DNA of 64,000 nt from Deltaproteobacteria bacterium (GCA_040218735.1 JAVJQW010000046.1:128001-192000), one strand, 5' to 3'. Shown: positions 8,383 through 18,965, counted from the first letter of the stretch. The notes: generated from the sequence alone by a model not told the origin. A program made the numbers and translations.

Positions 8383-10326
8383 ATGACCCGCTCGTCCGCG
8401 TCGACCTATCGCCCCGACATCGACGGCCTGCGCGCGGTCGCGGTGCTCCTCGTCGTGCTCTTCCACCTCGACGTGCCGGGCTTCTCGGGCGGGTACGTCG
8501 GCGTCGACGTCTTCTTCGTCATCTCGGGTTATCTGATCACCGACCGCATCCGTGCGCAGCGTGAAGCCGGCACGTGGTCCATCACGCGGTTCTACGTCAA
8601 ACGCATCCGGCGGCTCGTCCCCGCGCTCACCGTGACGATCGCGTTGGTGCTCCTCTTCGCGGCGCTCCTGCTCGACGCGGGGCTGACCGCCGCGACCGCC
8701 GAGTCCGCGGTGTTTGCATCGCTGTCGATCGCGAACTTCCACTTCTGGCTGACGTCCGGGTACTTCGACGTCGGCGCCCACGCTCGGCCGCTCCTTCACA
8801 CGTGGTCGCTCGGGATCGAGGAGCAGTTCTATCTGTTGTGGCCCGCGCTCCTCGGCGTCGCGCTCGCGTCGCGTCGCCGGCTCGCTGCCCTCGGTGTCTT
8901 CACCGTCGCGACCTTCGTCGCCTCGGAGGTGCTCTTCGCCGACGACCCGCCCGCCGCCTTCTTCCTCCTGCACGCTCGGTTCATCGAGCTCGCGATCGGT
9001 GCGGCGCTCGCGTTGAATCCAGGGACGCGCCCGGCGAGCGCGCCGCCGCGCGGCCTCCTCGGTACGGTGGGGCTCGCCGCCGCCTTCGGTGTCTTTGCGT
9101 TCGCTACGTTGACGTTCGACGACACCACGCGTTTCCCGAGCTACCCCGCTCTGATCGTCTGCGCCGCGAGCGCCGCAGCGATCGCCTGCGGCCGTGCCCC
9201 GGTCCTCGGACGACTCCTCGACAACCCGGTCGCTACCTGGATCGGACGCGTCTCGTACTCCGCCTACCTGGTGCACTGGCCGCTGATCGTCTTCGTCGAG
9301 TACGCGCTGTTCCGAGAGCCCGACGCCTTCGAGACCGCGCTCCTGTTCGCGGCGACCTTCGCGGGCGCGGCGTTGATGCACCACGGCGTCGAACGACGCT
9401 TTAGGTATGGGGCGAAGGATGGCCGCTTCCTCGTCGGTCAACTCGTGGCCACCGTCGCGGTGGCGCTCGTCGCGCTGCACGGCGCGCAGGACGGGTGGCC
9501 GGGGCGGCTCGACGCCACCGCCTCCGCGTTCGCGGCCGCGCGCGGGAAGACGGGTTACACACCCTGCCGCGAGAGCGACGTCGTGTGTCGCGTCGGCGCC
9601 GAGGGGCCCACGCAGCTCGTCGTCATCGGCGATAGCCACGCCAAACACCTCATCCACGGCGTCGATGCGTACGCGAAGCAGCGCGGGGTCGCGGCGGAGA
9701 TCCTCACCGAGAACGGTTGTGCTCCGCTCCCGGGCGTCACCACCGCACGCAAAGGCGTGGTGCGTCAGCTCTGCCTGAAGAGCCGCGACACGATCGACGC
9801 TCGCCTCGCCGGGCTTCGACCACGGCTCGTCGTCTACAGCCTGGCGTACCTCGGCTACCGACCGGCGTTCGTCGAACCCGACGGGACGCCGATCCCGTTC
9901 GAGGACGACGACGCCTTCGCGCGCTACTTCGCCGAACGCCTCGAAGCGAGCATGGATCGGATCCGCGCTCCGCGATTCGGCGTGGTGCTCCCGTCGCTAC
10001 GGCCGGGGTTCGATCCGGTGGAGTGCCTCGGTCGTCCGCGGATCCTCGACCGCCGCGACGCCGCCCAGCGGTGCCCGATCCCGCCCGCCGCGCAGGCCCT
10101 CGCGTCGAGCCGCGCGGTGGTCCGTGCGCTCGAAGCGCTCGCGGAGCGTCGCGCCGACCTGACCCTCCTCGACCCGAATGTAGCGCTGTGCCCGAACGGC
10201 GCCTGTCGCGTCGTCGACGACGGGCGGCTCCTCTACTCCGATCATCACCACCTCACCGCGCCGGGCGCCGACCTGGTCGTCGCTTCGTTCGCGGACCAGC
10301 TCGACGCACTCCTCGAAGGCCGGTGA
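8383..10326 (+). CDS. OafA-like O-acyltransferase (AT3 + SGNH domains)
   Basis: YRPDIDGLRAVAV, GVDVFFVISGYLI, HTWSLGIEEQFY, GDSHA, DHHHL. Confidence 0.92.
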   Translation: MTRSSASTYRPDIDGLRAVAVLLVVLFHLDVPGFSGGYVGVDVFFVISGYLITDRIRAQREAGTWSITRFYVKRIRRLVPALTVTIALVLLFAALLLDAGLTAATAESAVFASLSIANFHFWLTSGYFDVGAHARPLLHTWSLGIEEQFYLLWPALLGVALASRRRLAALGVFTVATFVASEVLFADDPPAAFFLLHARFIELAIGAALALNPGTRPASAPPRGLLGTVGLAAAFGVFAFATLTFDDTTRFPSYPALIVCAASAAAIACGRAPVLGRLLDNPVATWIGRVSYSAYLVHWPLIVFVEYALFREPDAFETALLFAATFAGAALMHHGVERRFRYGAKDGRFLVGQLVATVAVALVALHGAQDGWPGRLDATASAFAAARGKTGYTPCRESDVVCRVGAEGPTQLVVIGDSHAKHLIHGVDAYAKQRGVAAEILTENGCAPLPGVTTARKGVVRQLCLKSRDTIDARLAGLRPRLVVYSLAYLGYRPAFVEPDGTPIPFEDDDAFARYFAERLEASMDRIRAPRFGVVLPSLRPGFDPVECLGRPRILDRRDAAQRCPIPPAAQALASSRAVVRALEALAERRADLTLLDPNVALCPNGACRVVDDGRLLYSDHHHLTAPGADLVVASFADQLDALLEGR

Positions 10327-10330
10327 GCGC

Positions 10331-10930
10331 TCAGTCTTCGAGGAACGAACGCGCCGCGGCGCGGATCTTGTGCTGCCAGTTGTAGACGACCTGCACCGTC
10401 ACACCCATCAGCTGAGCGACCTCAGGCGGTGCGCGGCCGTCCGTGAACGCGTGGCGAAACACGAGCCTACCGCGCGTGGGTAACGTGGCTTCGAGGTGCT
10501 CCGCGAGCCGCGCGGCGAGGTCTTGCATGCTGACTTGCGCCTCGGGCGACGCGTCGTTCGCCTGCAGGCGCGCATCCTCCAGCTCGACGGCGCGCAGGTG
10601 ACCGCCGCGTTTCTTGGCGAGGCCGTGCTCCCTGAGGTGCGCGACTTCGCGCTCCGTCACGAGGCCGACGAACCCCTCCAGCGTCGTCTTCTTCGCCGCG
10701 TCGTACGCACGCAGGCGTCGCCCGTCGTCGTCCAGCAGCTTGACCCAGACCTCCTGGACCATGTCCTCCATCCTCAGCGCGTCGAACGAACCCGGGCTCT
10801 TCGCCACCGAATGACGAACGCGCGCACACACCACCGGCATCAACCGCGACACGAGTGTCTTGACGGCCTGCGGCTCGCCGGCCATCGCAGCCTCGACGAG
10901 GCGCGTGTCGGATGGGCGTGGTGCGTTCAC
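10331..10930 (-). CDS. ECF RNA polymerase sigma factor
   Basis: EDMVQEVW region 2; C-terminal HTH EVAQLMGVTVQVVYNWQHK. Confidence 0.88.
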   Translation of the reverse strand: MNAPRPSDTRLVEAAMAGEPQAVKTLVSRLMPVVCARVRHSVAKSPGSFDALRMEDMVQEVWVKLLDDDGRRLRAYDAAKKTTLEGFVGLVTEREVAHLREHGLAKKRGGHLRAVELEDARLQANDASPEAQVSMQDLAARLAEHLEATLPTRGRLVFRHAFTDGRAPPEVAQLMGVTVQVVYNWQHKIRAAARSFLED

Positions 10931-10939
10931 GGTTCGACC

Positions 10940-13276
10940 TCAGAAGGAGACGCGCAGCGCCGAGTAGTCCTTGCTCGCGTGTTTGGCGTTCGGCGAGTCG
11001 AGCGTCACGACGAGCGTCGCTTTGATCGCCTCCGGCATCGACCACTCGATGTCGAGGTCCGCGACGCCGACGAGGATGTCGAGGTGCTCGCCTGGCGCCC
11101 ACTCACCGACCGACGGATCGTCCGGCAGCTCGAAGTAGAAGTCCTCGACCTGGTTCGAGTTGGGGTTGAATCCGGTCACCACGAGGAACGGCTCGGTCAC
11201 CTTCGTGCCCGGCTCGAAGTCGCGTGACAGATCGAGCTTGAGTTGAATCGAATCCGGCGGGTCGTTCAGGAAGAACGCGGGGCAGTCCGGACAGATCGGG
11301 CTGATCGGCTGCGGGCCGAACGAGCCGACGAGGGAACGTTGTGGGCCGTCTTCATGGGGACACACTCCGGAGCAGGACGACGCGGCGGTCCAGGGCTGCG
11401 TGAGGAGCGTCTCGTCCACGACGACGGTGCAGACGCCGCGCGCTTCGATGTACGCGCCGGGCCAGGACACGGGATCGTTGCGCGGGCTCGCGCAGCTCGG
11501 GACCAGGTCGCCGCTTCCGTTGACGTCCTCGAGACCACAGGCCGCAAGGTGGGTTGCGCAGTCGAGGACGGTCTCCGTCGTGATCGGCGGGTTCGTGATG
11601 AATTCGTCCGCGCATCCGACGACCGAAGGGCAGTTCGCGACGGCGTAGTCGAGGCGATCGATATCGAGGATCCGCACCGGGATGAACGAGCGGTTGATGC
11701 GGCACAAGTCGCGACCCGTGAGGTACAGGAGGCGCTCGAGGGTCTCGCGGCCTAGCGCCGGCTCGCCGTTCGCGAGGCGCTGATCCTGAACACGCGCGGC
11801 GGCTGCCGACACGAGCGCGGCGCTCACGGAGCTCCCGGTGAAGGCCCGCGGCAGCGCTTCGAATTCCGACAGCGAGGGGCCTTCGCCGCAGGCGGAACCG
11901 CTGGTCATCTCCGGCGCGTAGGGGCTCGTGGCGTACACGTGCTGGCCCGGGGCCACCAGCGGCGGCTCGGCGTTCGGAATGGCGACGTTCGTGGTGCGCA
12001 GTCGATCGTCGACCGCACCCGCGGTGAACGAGAGGAACGCACCCGCCTCGCTGGGGCGACACGACGTCTCCGTGAACCACTCCGCCGGGTAGTACAGCCC
12101 GTACGACTCCGGGGCCGTGGGGCAGGCGGGCTTCGAGGCGCCGGCCGGGGGCGGGGGGAACAGCGTCGGGTCGGTCGGCGCGGGCTGGTTGCCGGCCGCC
12201 GAAGTCACGAACACCCGTCGAACGCCGCTGGCGTCCATGCGTCGCGCGACGTCGAGCTCGTAGCGGACGAGCTCACCGAACGGGTCTTCGTGGGTGCTGC
12301 AACCGTTCGCGCTCGTGAGCATCGCGGGGTACGAAAGCTCCGAAGGCCACCCGAGGCTCATGTTGACGACGAGCGCGCGTGAAGTCGGCGTCGAGAACAT
12401 CGCGGCGTCGAGCGCGGTGGCGAGCGTCTCGCTGGTGCCCGAGCCGGTCCAGTCGAGCGCGCGGAGATCGTGGATCGCGGCGTTCGGCGCGAGCTGGCGG
12501 CCGAAGATCATCATCGCGCTGCCGTGCGGATGTCTGACCGTCGACGACGGGTAGAGGTCCATCGCGGAGGCCACGCCGATGCCCGCGGCGCCGATGGCCG
12601 CGTGAAGGCCGCTGTCGATCACGGCGAGGTCCACGCGCTGGGAAGCGGGCGCCGGCGGGCTCACGGCGGTCGTCGGCGGGAGCCCCAGCTCGGTGAGATG
12701 CCAGGTCACCATGTCGAGGTCCGGCGCGCCCTGCACGCCGGTCGCTGCGGAGGTCTCGCACTCTCGCCCGACGTAGAAGCCGGTCGACGGGACACCGCTG
12801 ACGCTCGTGACCGCGCTTCGGAGCGTCGATACGGCGTGACACTCTTGGTCCGGCAACACCGACAGCGGGAGCCCGTGGCCGGTGGTGAACTGGACGCGGA
12901 GGTACCTCACGTGGCCGTCCGCTCGGTACGAGGGGGCCGAGCGCTGGGGGAGGGCGGACCGTACCGTCACCGACGGAGTGGGGCAGCCGAACGGACCGGT
13001 GCAGAACCACGCGCCGTTGTTGTTCGCGATCTCGGCGGCGAGCGCGTTCTCCAGGTTCGTGTGGAAGTTGTACGCGTGCCAGGAGCCCGGCGTGGGGCGC
13101 GCGAGTGGGACCTCGACGAAGAAGGCATCGTTTCGGCAGGGCCGTTTCATCGTGCGCTGTCGCGTCCGGCCTGGGTTGCGCAGGGCGTCCGTGGCGGTGC
13201 CTTGCTCGGGCGCGGCGTCACAACTCACGACAATGACCAGGCCCGCGGCCCAGACGAGTTTCTTCGTGTTCATCAT
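10940..13276 (-). CDS. S8 subtilase-family serine peptidase, lipoprotein
   Basis: Lipobox VVSC; triad AVIDSG / HPHG / TGSSVSA; oxyanion SAAGN; Cys-rich C-terminus. Confidence 0.82.
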   Translation of the reverse strand: MMNTKKLVWAAGLVIVVSCDAAPEQGTATDALRNPGRTRQRTMKRPCRNDAFFVEVPLARPTPGSWHAYNFHTNLENALAAEIANNNGAWFCTGPFGCPTPSVTVRSALPQRSAPSYRADGHVRYLRVQFTTGHGLPLSVLPDQECHAVSTLRSAVTSVSGVPSTGFYVGRECETSAATGVQGAPDLDMVTWHLTELGLPPTTAVSPPAPASQRVDLAVIDSGLHAAIGAAGIGVASAMDLYPSSTVRHPHGSAMMIFGRQLAPNAAIHDLRALDWTGSGTSETLATALDAAMFSTPTSRALVVNMSLGWPSELSYPAMLTSANGCSTHEDPFGELVRYELDVARRMDASGVRRVFVTSAAGNQPAPTDPTLFPPPPAGASKPACPTAPESYGLYYPAEWFTETSCRPSEAGAFLSFTAGAVDDRLRTTNVAIPNAEPPLVAPGQHVYATSPYAPEMTSGSACGEGPSLSEFEALPRAFTGSSVSAALVSAAAARVQDQRLANGEPALGRETLERLLYLTGRDLCRINRSFIPVRILDIDRLDYAVANCPSVVGCADEFITNPPITTETVLDCATHLAACGLEDVNGSGDLVPSCASPRNDPVSWPGAYIEARGVCTVVVDETLLTQPWTAASSCSGVCPHEDGPQRSLVGSFGPQPISPICPDCPAFFLNDPPDSIQLKLDLSRDFEPGTKVTEPFLVVTGFNPNSNQVEDFYFELPDDPSVGEWAPGEHLDILVGVADLDIEWSMPEAIKATLVVTLDSPNAKHASKDYSALRVSF

Positions 13277-14046
13277 TCTCCCTCCGTCCTTGCGCTCGAC
13301 TGATAAGTCGCGCGCGCCGTCAGCCAGCGGTGTGCTGGCAGCCCCGTCCTGAGCGCCTCTTCCGAACCCACGAACTCAGAGCTCGTTGGATCGGCGCTCG
13401 CCGTGATCACGAAATGAATGGTGCGTTCGCCGTAGCGCGCCCCCCAGAGCTCGGCGGCCTCCGCGCGGAATCGGAGGACGCCAGTGGCGCCGCTGTCGAT
13501 CTCACCTCGCCGGGTGACTTCGACGAGCTGATCATCGTCACCATCGACGAAGACACGGAGCTGAAACTCACCCGTCGTCGTCTGTTCGGGTTCCACGAGC
13601 CAGCGCACCTTGCTCGTCGGGACGAACACGTTCGTGTGGCTCGGTGCACCGCGCGTCGTTGCGACGCCGCCCGCGGCGGCCGACAGCGTGTACCCGGGCA
13701 GGTCACCGTTCGCCCCGGGGCGCATCACGATCAGGAACGCCGCCGCCGCCGCGAGCGCGGCGAGGCCCACCGCCGCGCGTCGCGGCCACGACCGACGTTT
13801 CGCCGCAGCGACGATCTTGTCTTCGGCCCATGCGTCGAGCCCCGCCGGTACGGGCGCGCCGTAGGCGGCGATCAGTCCGCGGCAGTGCGCGCAGGCCGAC
13901 AGGTGTTCGTCGACGCGCTCGCGTTCTTCGTCCGCGAGGCTTCGGTCGCGGTAGGCGATCAGGACGCCGTCGTCGACATGGGCGCCGGCGTTGATCGGCT
14001 CGGGGACGGTTCGCAGCATCTCGTCGATGTCCTCTTCGTGGCTCAC
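13273..14046 (-). CDS. zf-HC2 (ZAS) anti-sigma factor with single TM helix and extracytoplasmic domain
   Basis: HLSACAHC (HxxxCxxC); TM AAVGLAALAAAAAFLIVM; GTG start overlaps the CHAT stop. Confidence 0.85.
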   Translation of the reverse strand: MSHEEDIDEMLRTVPEPINAGAHVDDGVLIAYRDRSLADEERERVDEHLSACAHCRGLIAAYGAPVPAGLDAWAEDKIVAAAKRRSWPRRAAVGLAALAAAAAFLIVMRPGANGDLPGYTLSAAAGGVATTRGAPSHTNVFVPTSKVRWLVEPEQTTTGEFQLRVFVDGDDDQLVEVTRRGEIDSGATGVLRFRAEAAELWGARYGERTIHFVITASADPTSSEFVGSEEALRTGLPAHRWLTARATYQSSARTEGE

Positions 14047-16715
14047 TTCGCAGCTCCGAGCACATGGTACGCGGACCACACGTCCGCGGGGGTGCTCAGG
14101 GCGACCGTTCTCAGCGCCGCCGCGGGACGTGTCGCTCCGCCCGCGTCGTAGAAGCGCTCCATGAATCGACGTGCTTTGCGGTCATCGACGCGGCGGCTCG
14201 TCGCGACGACCGAGCTCGCGCCCGCCGCGAGGAAGGCCTCGGCGAGACCGACTTGGACCGTGCGGCCCATCGAGGAGCGCGTCCCGGTGTCACATCCGCT
14301 GAGGACGATGTGTTGGGCACGAGGTCGGCTCGCAAAGAGATCCTCCAGGGTGAGTCGCTCGCCGCGCGCGAGCGCGAGGTGCGTGCTCCACGGGTCCTCG
14401 TCGTTGAGCACGCCGTGTCCGGCGAAGTGGAAGTGGCGGGTCGACGACACCGCTTCGAGCACGCGGCTGCGGGTGGCCGCGTCACCCTCGAGGACGAGCG
14501 CGCCCAAGAGATGCGTCGCGACGATCTCACCCTCCTGTCGGGCGCTCGGAAGATCCGAGGTTGGGTCGGCGACGATGACTGCGCCGGCGTCGTTGCGATT
14601 CTCCGCGCGACGGACGAGCCGCGGAAATGGGACGAAACTCACCGTGGCGGCGGTGAGCCACTCACGATTCTCCGCGCGCGTACCCAGGGCGCTCCAAGCC
14701 TCGTCGTGCGCCATCGTCGCGACGTAGAGGTGCGGGGTGGCATCTTCCGGGGACGTCCACCAGGGACCTCGCGGCCGCGTCTTCATGACGCGGACGCCGT
14801 CGGGCCGCACCGCGAACCAGACCTGATCTTGGCCGTCACCCCACGGGACGAGCATGCCCTCGTCCGGTCCGAGCGCCGCGGTGAGTTTGTCGACGGTGAA
14901 CGCGTCCGAGAACCACCCACCCTCCGCGTTTTCGACGAGCGCGAACGCATCGTCGAATCGCTTCTGTAGCGCGATGCGCATCGCCGCGGTCTCGTCCCGG
15001 AACGCCGCGCGCTCGGCGGGGTGCACGAGCTCTGCTTGCTCTGCGCGCTTTTCGAGGGCTTCGCGCTCCGCGACGTAGACGTCGAGCGCGCGGCGCAACG
15101 CGACGCGCGTGCTGGCGTCGAGCTGGTCGAGGGCGCCACGGAGGTGGAGCACGCGGTAGGGGAACGATCGCGAGCCGTCGGCGGCGAGCAGCGCGAGGTC
15201 CACCCGTTCGTAGCGGAGGAACGCATCGACCGCATCGACGAAGAGGCGATAGCGATCGTCGATGAACGATGCTCGGTCCGTTCCGAGCTGAGTTCGGCGT
15301 GACAACGCTTCGAGGTGTGCGAGCGCGGTGGCGTAGGCTTCGAGAGTGCGTTCCGCATCGCCGTTGGCGTCCGCGACCTGCGCCAGACCGTAGTGCGCGC
15401 GCCACGTGGAGTCCGAGGGCTGGCCGTTTGCGTCGCGTTCGGCGCGTGCGAGCGCCGCGCGGAAGTGCACGTCGGAAGCGACGACTTCATCGCTGCGCAG
15501 GGCGAGGTGACCACGCATCAACTCGGTGAACACACCCACGAATCCCGGAGGCTCGAAGGCGAGGGACTCTAGCGCCGCCAGGATCTCTCGGCAGGCTGCG
15601 ATGTCGTCCGTGTAGAAACGGACGAGGAGGAGGTTCGTGAGGAGGATGGCGTACTCGGGGCCGCGGTGTTCGCGACGTTCCAACAGGGCACGCGCCCGTG
15701 CGAGCTCGTCGAGGACCCGTGGCCAGTCGACCGGGATAGCGCCCGCCGCCATCCCGCGTGCGAGCGCGAAGCCTCGGTCGTTGTAGTAGTTGGTCTCGTA
15801 CGCAGCGAAGTACGGGCGCGCGTGGTCGAGGGTCGTCCACGCCGCCTCGTACCGACCGATCTCGATCAGCGCGCTCGCGCGCGCCTGGACGATCGGCGCG
15901 AGCTCTTCGACGAGGCCGCGACTTTGCGCGAGCGCCAGGGCTTGGTCGTTCACCTGCAGCGCCTTGCGGTACTGCCCGAGCTCGGCGTGAATGAGCGCGC
16001 GATAATTCAAGGTGCGAATAAGACCCGGGTCATTGTCGATGCTCCGGTCCAACCCATCGGCGCGGTCCAGGAGCTCGAACGCCTCTGAGAACTCACGGGC
16101 GTACAGCGCCTGAAACGCCAGAGATCTCAGCGCGCGGCTGTGGGTGCTGGTCATTCCGACGCGTTCGGCCGCAGCGCGCCACGCTTCGAGCGCGCCGCGG
16201 TATTCCTCGGGGCCCGATCCGCGAATGAGTTTGAGCTTTTCGACGTGCGCAGCGAGGAGCGCGGGGCCTTCGAGTTTCTCGAGGAGTGCTTTCAGACGTT
16301 CGCGTCGTGTGGAGGTCTCGGTCGACAGCGCCGAATCGCTCAGCTGCGGCCAGGTCTTCGGGAGGGGGCGCAGCCGCCAGGTTCGGCCGACCGCTGCGAT
16401 CGCCGCGTCTTCGCCGAGCCCGGGGAGGGTGAACGTGACCTTCGTCCAGGCGCCGGCCGTGCGGGTGCTGGTCGACACGAGCGTCCGCCCGTCGCTCCGA
16501 ACGTCGAAGGCGTCGTGGGTCGCGGCGACGATGCCGAGCTCGGCGTGAGGGTGGACGTAGTGGACGGGGCGCCCGCCCTCGAGCGCGATCATCTCGGCAC
16601 CGAGGAGGCGAGCGGTCACCGGCGCGGCGCTGCGCCCGCAGGTTCCTTCACACGCCAGGGTCCAGGTCAGCAGCACGAGTGGGATGCTCCGTTTGGCTCG
16701 CCTACATCGCCCCAC
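14043..16715 (-). CDS. TPR-CHAT (caspase-like) protease with putative lipoprotein signal
   Basis: FHFAGHG and VLSGCDTG His-Cys dyad, DLPSARQE, TPR-like helices; N-terminal LVLLTWTLAC. Confidence 0.88.
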   Translation of the reverse strand: MGRCRRAKRSIPLVLLTWTLACEGTCGRSAAPVTARLLGAEMIALEGGRPVHYVHPHAELGIVAATHDAFDVRSDGRTLVSTSTRTAGAWTKVTFTLPGLGEDAAIAAVGRTWRLRPLPKTWPQLSDSALSTETSTRRERLKALLEKLEGPALLAAHVEKLKLIRGSGPEEYRGALEAWRAAAERVGMTSTHSRALRSLAFQALYAREFSEAFELLDRADGLDRSIDNDPGLIRTLNYRALIHAELGQYRKALQVNDQALALAQSRGLVEELAPIVQARASALIEIGRYEAAWTTLDHARPYFAAYETNYYNDRGFALARGMAAGAIPVDWPRVLDELARARALLERREHRGPEYAILLTNLLLVRFYTDDIAACREILAALESLAFEPPGFVGVFTELMRGHLALRSDEVVASDVHFRAALARAERDANGQPSDSTWRAHYGLAQVADANGDAERTLEAYATALAHLEALSRRTQLGTDRASFIDDRYRLFVDAVDAFLRYERVDLALLAADGSRSFPYRVLHLRGALDQLDASTRVALRRALDVYVAEREALEKRAEQAELVHPAERAAFRDETAAMRIALQKRFDDAFALVENAEGGWFSDAFTVDKLTAALGPDEGMLVPWGDGQDQVWFAVRPDGVRVMKTRPRGPWWTSPEDATPHLYVATMAHDEAWSALGTRAENREWLTAATVSFVPFPRLVRRAENRNDAGAVIVADPTSDLPSARQEGEIVATHLLGALVLEGDAATRSRVLEAVSSTRHFHFAGHGVLNDEDPWSTHLALARGERLTLEDLFASRPRAQHIVLSGCDTGTRSSMGRTVQVGLAEAFLAAGASSVVATSRRVDDRKARRFMERFYDAGGATRPAAALRTVALSTPADVWSAYHVLGAAK

Positions 16716-16722
16716 GCCCCGC

Positions 16723-16751
16723 GTGGTACGGGGTCTCCCGGGGGATGTAAA
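16723..16751 (-). promoter_or_regulatory. Putative sigma70 promoter of the CHAT operon
   Basis: TTTACA-N17-TACCAC, 7 nt before GTG 16715. Confidence 0.45.
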
Positions 16752-16783
16752 GCGGGCCTCGGTGCTGCTCTACCGAGGCCCGC
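16749..16783 (-). terminator. Putative terminator hairpin after the secreted protein gene
   Basis: 12-bp perfect stem GCGGGCCTCGGT/ACCGAGGCCCGC followed by TTT on the minus strand. Confidence 0.5.
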
Positions 16784-16824
16784 CGGAGTCCTTTTCTTCG
16801 AAAGGCGCTTTTTTCGAGAGCGCC

Positions 16825-18945
16825 TCAGCGCGCCATCGTCACCTGCACCGCACGGAGCAGATCCGGATCCGAGGAACGTACCTCCAGGTCCGCGGAGGAC
16901 ACGGAGGTGGGCAGCAGCGAGCTCGGGACGGACTGCCGCGTGTTGGTCCCGGCCAGGAAGTACTGGGCGATCTGCGCGTCCGTACCTCGGAACGAGGACG
17001 GCACGGCGATCGGCGTCGAGTGCGGCACGAGGAGCTGACGACCCGAGCCGATCGCCGACACCACGTCGATGACGAGCGCCGCCGAGGTCACGTTGCCTCG
17101 CCAGTCGCGCGTCGTCTCGATGCGCGGGTCGAAGCCGACGCCGCTGTCGATCAGGTGACCGCGCGGATCCAGGAAGCCCATCACGACCTGCCGCTCCGTG
17201 ATGCGGAAGGGATCGCAGATCCAATCCTCCCACGGCTCCTGCCAGTTCACTTCGGGGGTCAGGCAGTTGATGAACTGGTTCGTCTTCTGAATGCTGCACT
17301 CCAAACCGGCTTCGCCGGGCGAGAGGATGCGGTCGAGCTCCACCGCGTACGTGCGGACTCCGGCCGACGTCGCGAACTTGATGAGTACCGGCTCTGGGTT
17401 GGCGTTGAACGCGTCGATGACCGGCTGGGTCAACGATGGGTTCACCGAGACCTCGACGGTGATCGGGAGGTTCGAACCGAGGTTCGCCGTGTCGACCGTG
17501 TACACGTTGCTCGGGTTGTCGATGACTTGGACGCTGCAGAAGCGCGCGGTCCCCGTCGCGTAGAGTCCGCCGCCGTAGTCACATTTCGACGCGTAGCAGC
17601 CCGAGCCGAGACCGAACTCGACATCGTAGGCCGTGACGTCGGCTTCGTAGACGTGGTTGGGGAGGCTGCTCGCGGCGCCGTTCAAAGTCAGACCGGCGCT
17701 GTCACCGACGACGCCGGCGAGGGAGAGGCTGGAGACGAGCCCGAAGCCGACCTGGAAGGGGCGCGGGAACATGGCGGCGTCGCAGGAGAACGTGTTGTCC
17801 GAGACCGGGCACTCCGACATCTCCTTGGTGATCTGCGGGACGACGTAGTGCTGCACGAGGTCGTCGAGGACGCCGAGCTCGATCAACGGAATCGCCGCGA
17901 GGAACCCGAGTGGTCCGTACGCGAGCGCACATTCGTTGGCGTCGGCGTTGCTCGGGTCCATCGTGAGCGCGCCGTTCATCGTGAAGCCCGTCGATGCGGC
18001 GTTCTTGGCCACGTCCATCGCGAAGAGGACGTCGACGTCGATGTCGTTCGGGCAGGGCAGCTCGGAGCTGGCGACGGTCGTGGGGACGAGCGCATTGAGC
18101 GTGGCGCCGCTGCTCCCGTTGCCGACCCACTGCGTCGCGATCCCACCGTTGAGCGAGATCTCCGAGCGTGAGTCGAGTCCCTCGGTCACCTGATCCGTGA
18201 GGAGCGAGATGAAGTTGGACTTGTGGACGAAGACACTCCAGTCGGTCGTCTGCGAGCCGGTGATGTTCCCCTGCATGAACGCGTTCCACGCGGTCATGCG
18301 CGCGGTGTCGTAGTCGGCCGCGGTTTGGTCGAGCTCGAAGCGGAGCGCGATGCGCGACCCCGAGTTGTTCACGCTGATCGCCGCGCCGGAGATCGTGTGA
18401 TCCTCCGAGCCGACGAACTCCGAGAGCTGCTGCTGGCTGAGGCCGATGCAGCGATCACTCGGCGGCATGGGGAGCCCGGGCAGCGTGGGCGTCATGTCGA
18501 GTGGGTTCAGGCAGATCTCACCGTCGCCCTCCGAGAGCTGAAACTGCGCCTGCAGGGTGTACGGCGTGACGGACGAGCAGGTCGGGTCGTTCGAACACGC
18601 CTCGGTCTGCACGTGGAAGGTGACATCCTGCGCGTAGAGGATGGGTTGGGCCGAGATCGTCGTGAAGTCGTTGATCGGGATGCTGTTGGCGTTGGCCGCT
18701 CGGCTGAACGTCCCGGGGCCACCGACCTCCACGCGGTCGAGCACGCAGTTCCCACCGCCGACGGGGCACGGGATGACGGTCGGGCAGAACGACCGCGTCG
18801 CCGCCACGAAGGCGCCGCGCACCAGTTCCGCGAACTTCGCGGAGGACATCTGGAACTCGAGGAAGTGATCGGTCGAAGCACTCGCCGTCTGCGTGGTGAG
18901 GGCACAGGCGCCCAAGACCAGGGTTTGGATGATTCTCGTCTTCAT
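16825..18945 (-). CDS. Large secreted Cys-containing hypothetical protein
   Basis: GGAGG RBS; signal peptide MKTRIIQTLVLGACALTTQTASA; beta-rich; no family recognised. Confidence 0.8.
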   Translation of the reverse strand: MKTRIIQTLVLGACALTTQTASASTDHFLEFQMSSAKFAELVRGAFVAATRSFCPTVIPCPVGGGNCVLDRVEVGGPGTFSRAANANSIPINDFTTISAQPILYAQDVTFHVQTEACSNDPTCSSVTPYTLQAQFQLSEGDGEICLNPLDMTPTLPGLPMPPSDRCIGLSQQQLSEFVGSEDHTISGAAISVNNSGSRIALRFELDQTAADYDTARMTAWNAFMQGNITGSQTTDWSVFVHKSNFISLLTDQVTEGLDSRSEISLNGGIATQWVGNGSSGATLNALVPTTVASSELPCPNDIDVDVLFAMDVAKNAASTGFTMNGALTMDPSNADANECALAYGPLGFLAAIPLIELGVLDDLVQHYVVPQITKEMSECPVSDNTFSCDAAMFPRPFQVGFGLVSSLSLAGVVGDSAGLTLNGAASSLPNHVYEADVTAYDVEFGLGSGCYASKCDYGGGLYATGTARFCSVQVIDNPSNVYTVDTANLGSNLPITVEVSVNPSLTQPVIDAFNANPEPVLIKFATSAGVRTYAVELDRILSPGEAGLECSIQKTNQFINCLTPEVNWQEPWEDWICDPFRITERQVVMGFLDPRGHLIDSGVGFDPRIETTRDWRGNVTSAALVIDVVSAIGSGRQLLVPHSTPIAVPSSFRGTDAQIAQYFLAGTNTRQSVPSSLLPTSVSSADLEVRSSDPDLLRAVQVTMAR

Positions 18946-18965
18946 GGGTTTTTTCCTCCGCTGTC

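Noticed and set aside
10331-16715. Type III-E CRISPR (Craspase) locus
   Set aside because: No Cas7-11, other cas genes or repeat-spacer array in the window
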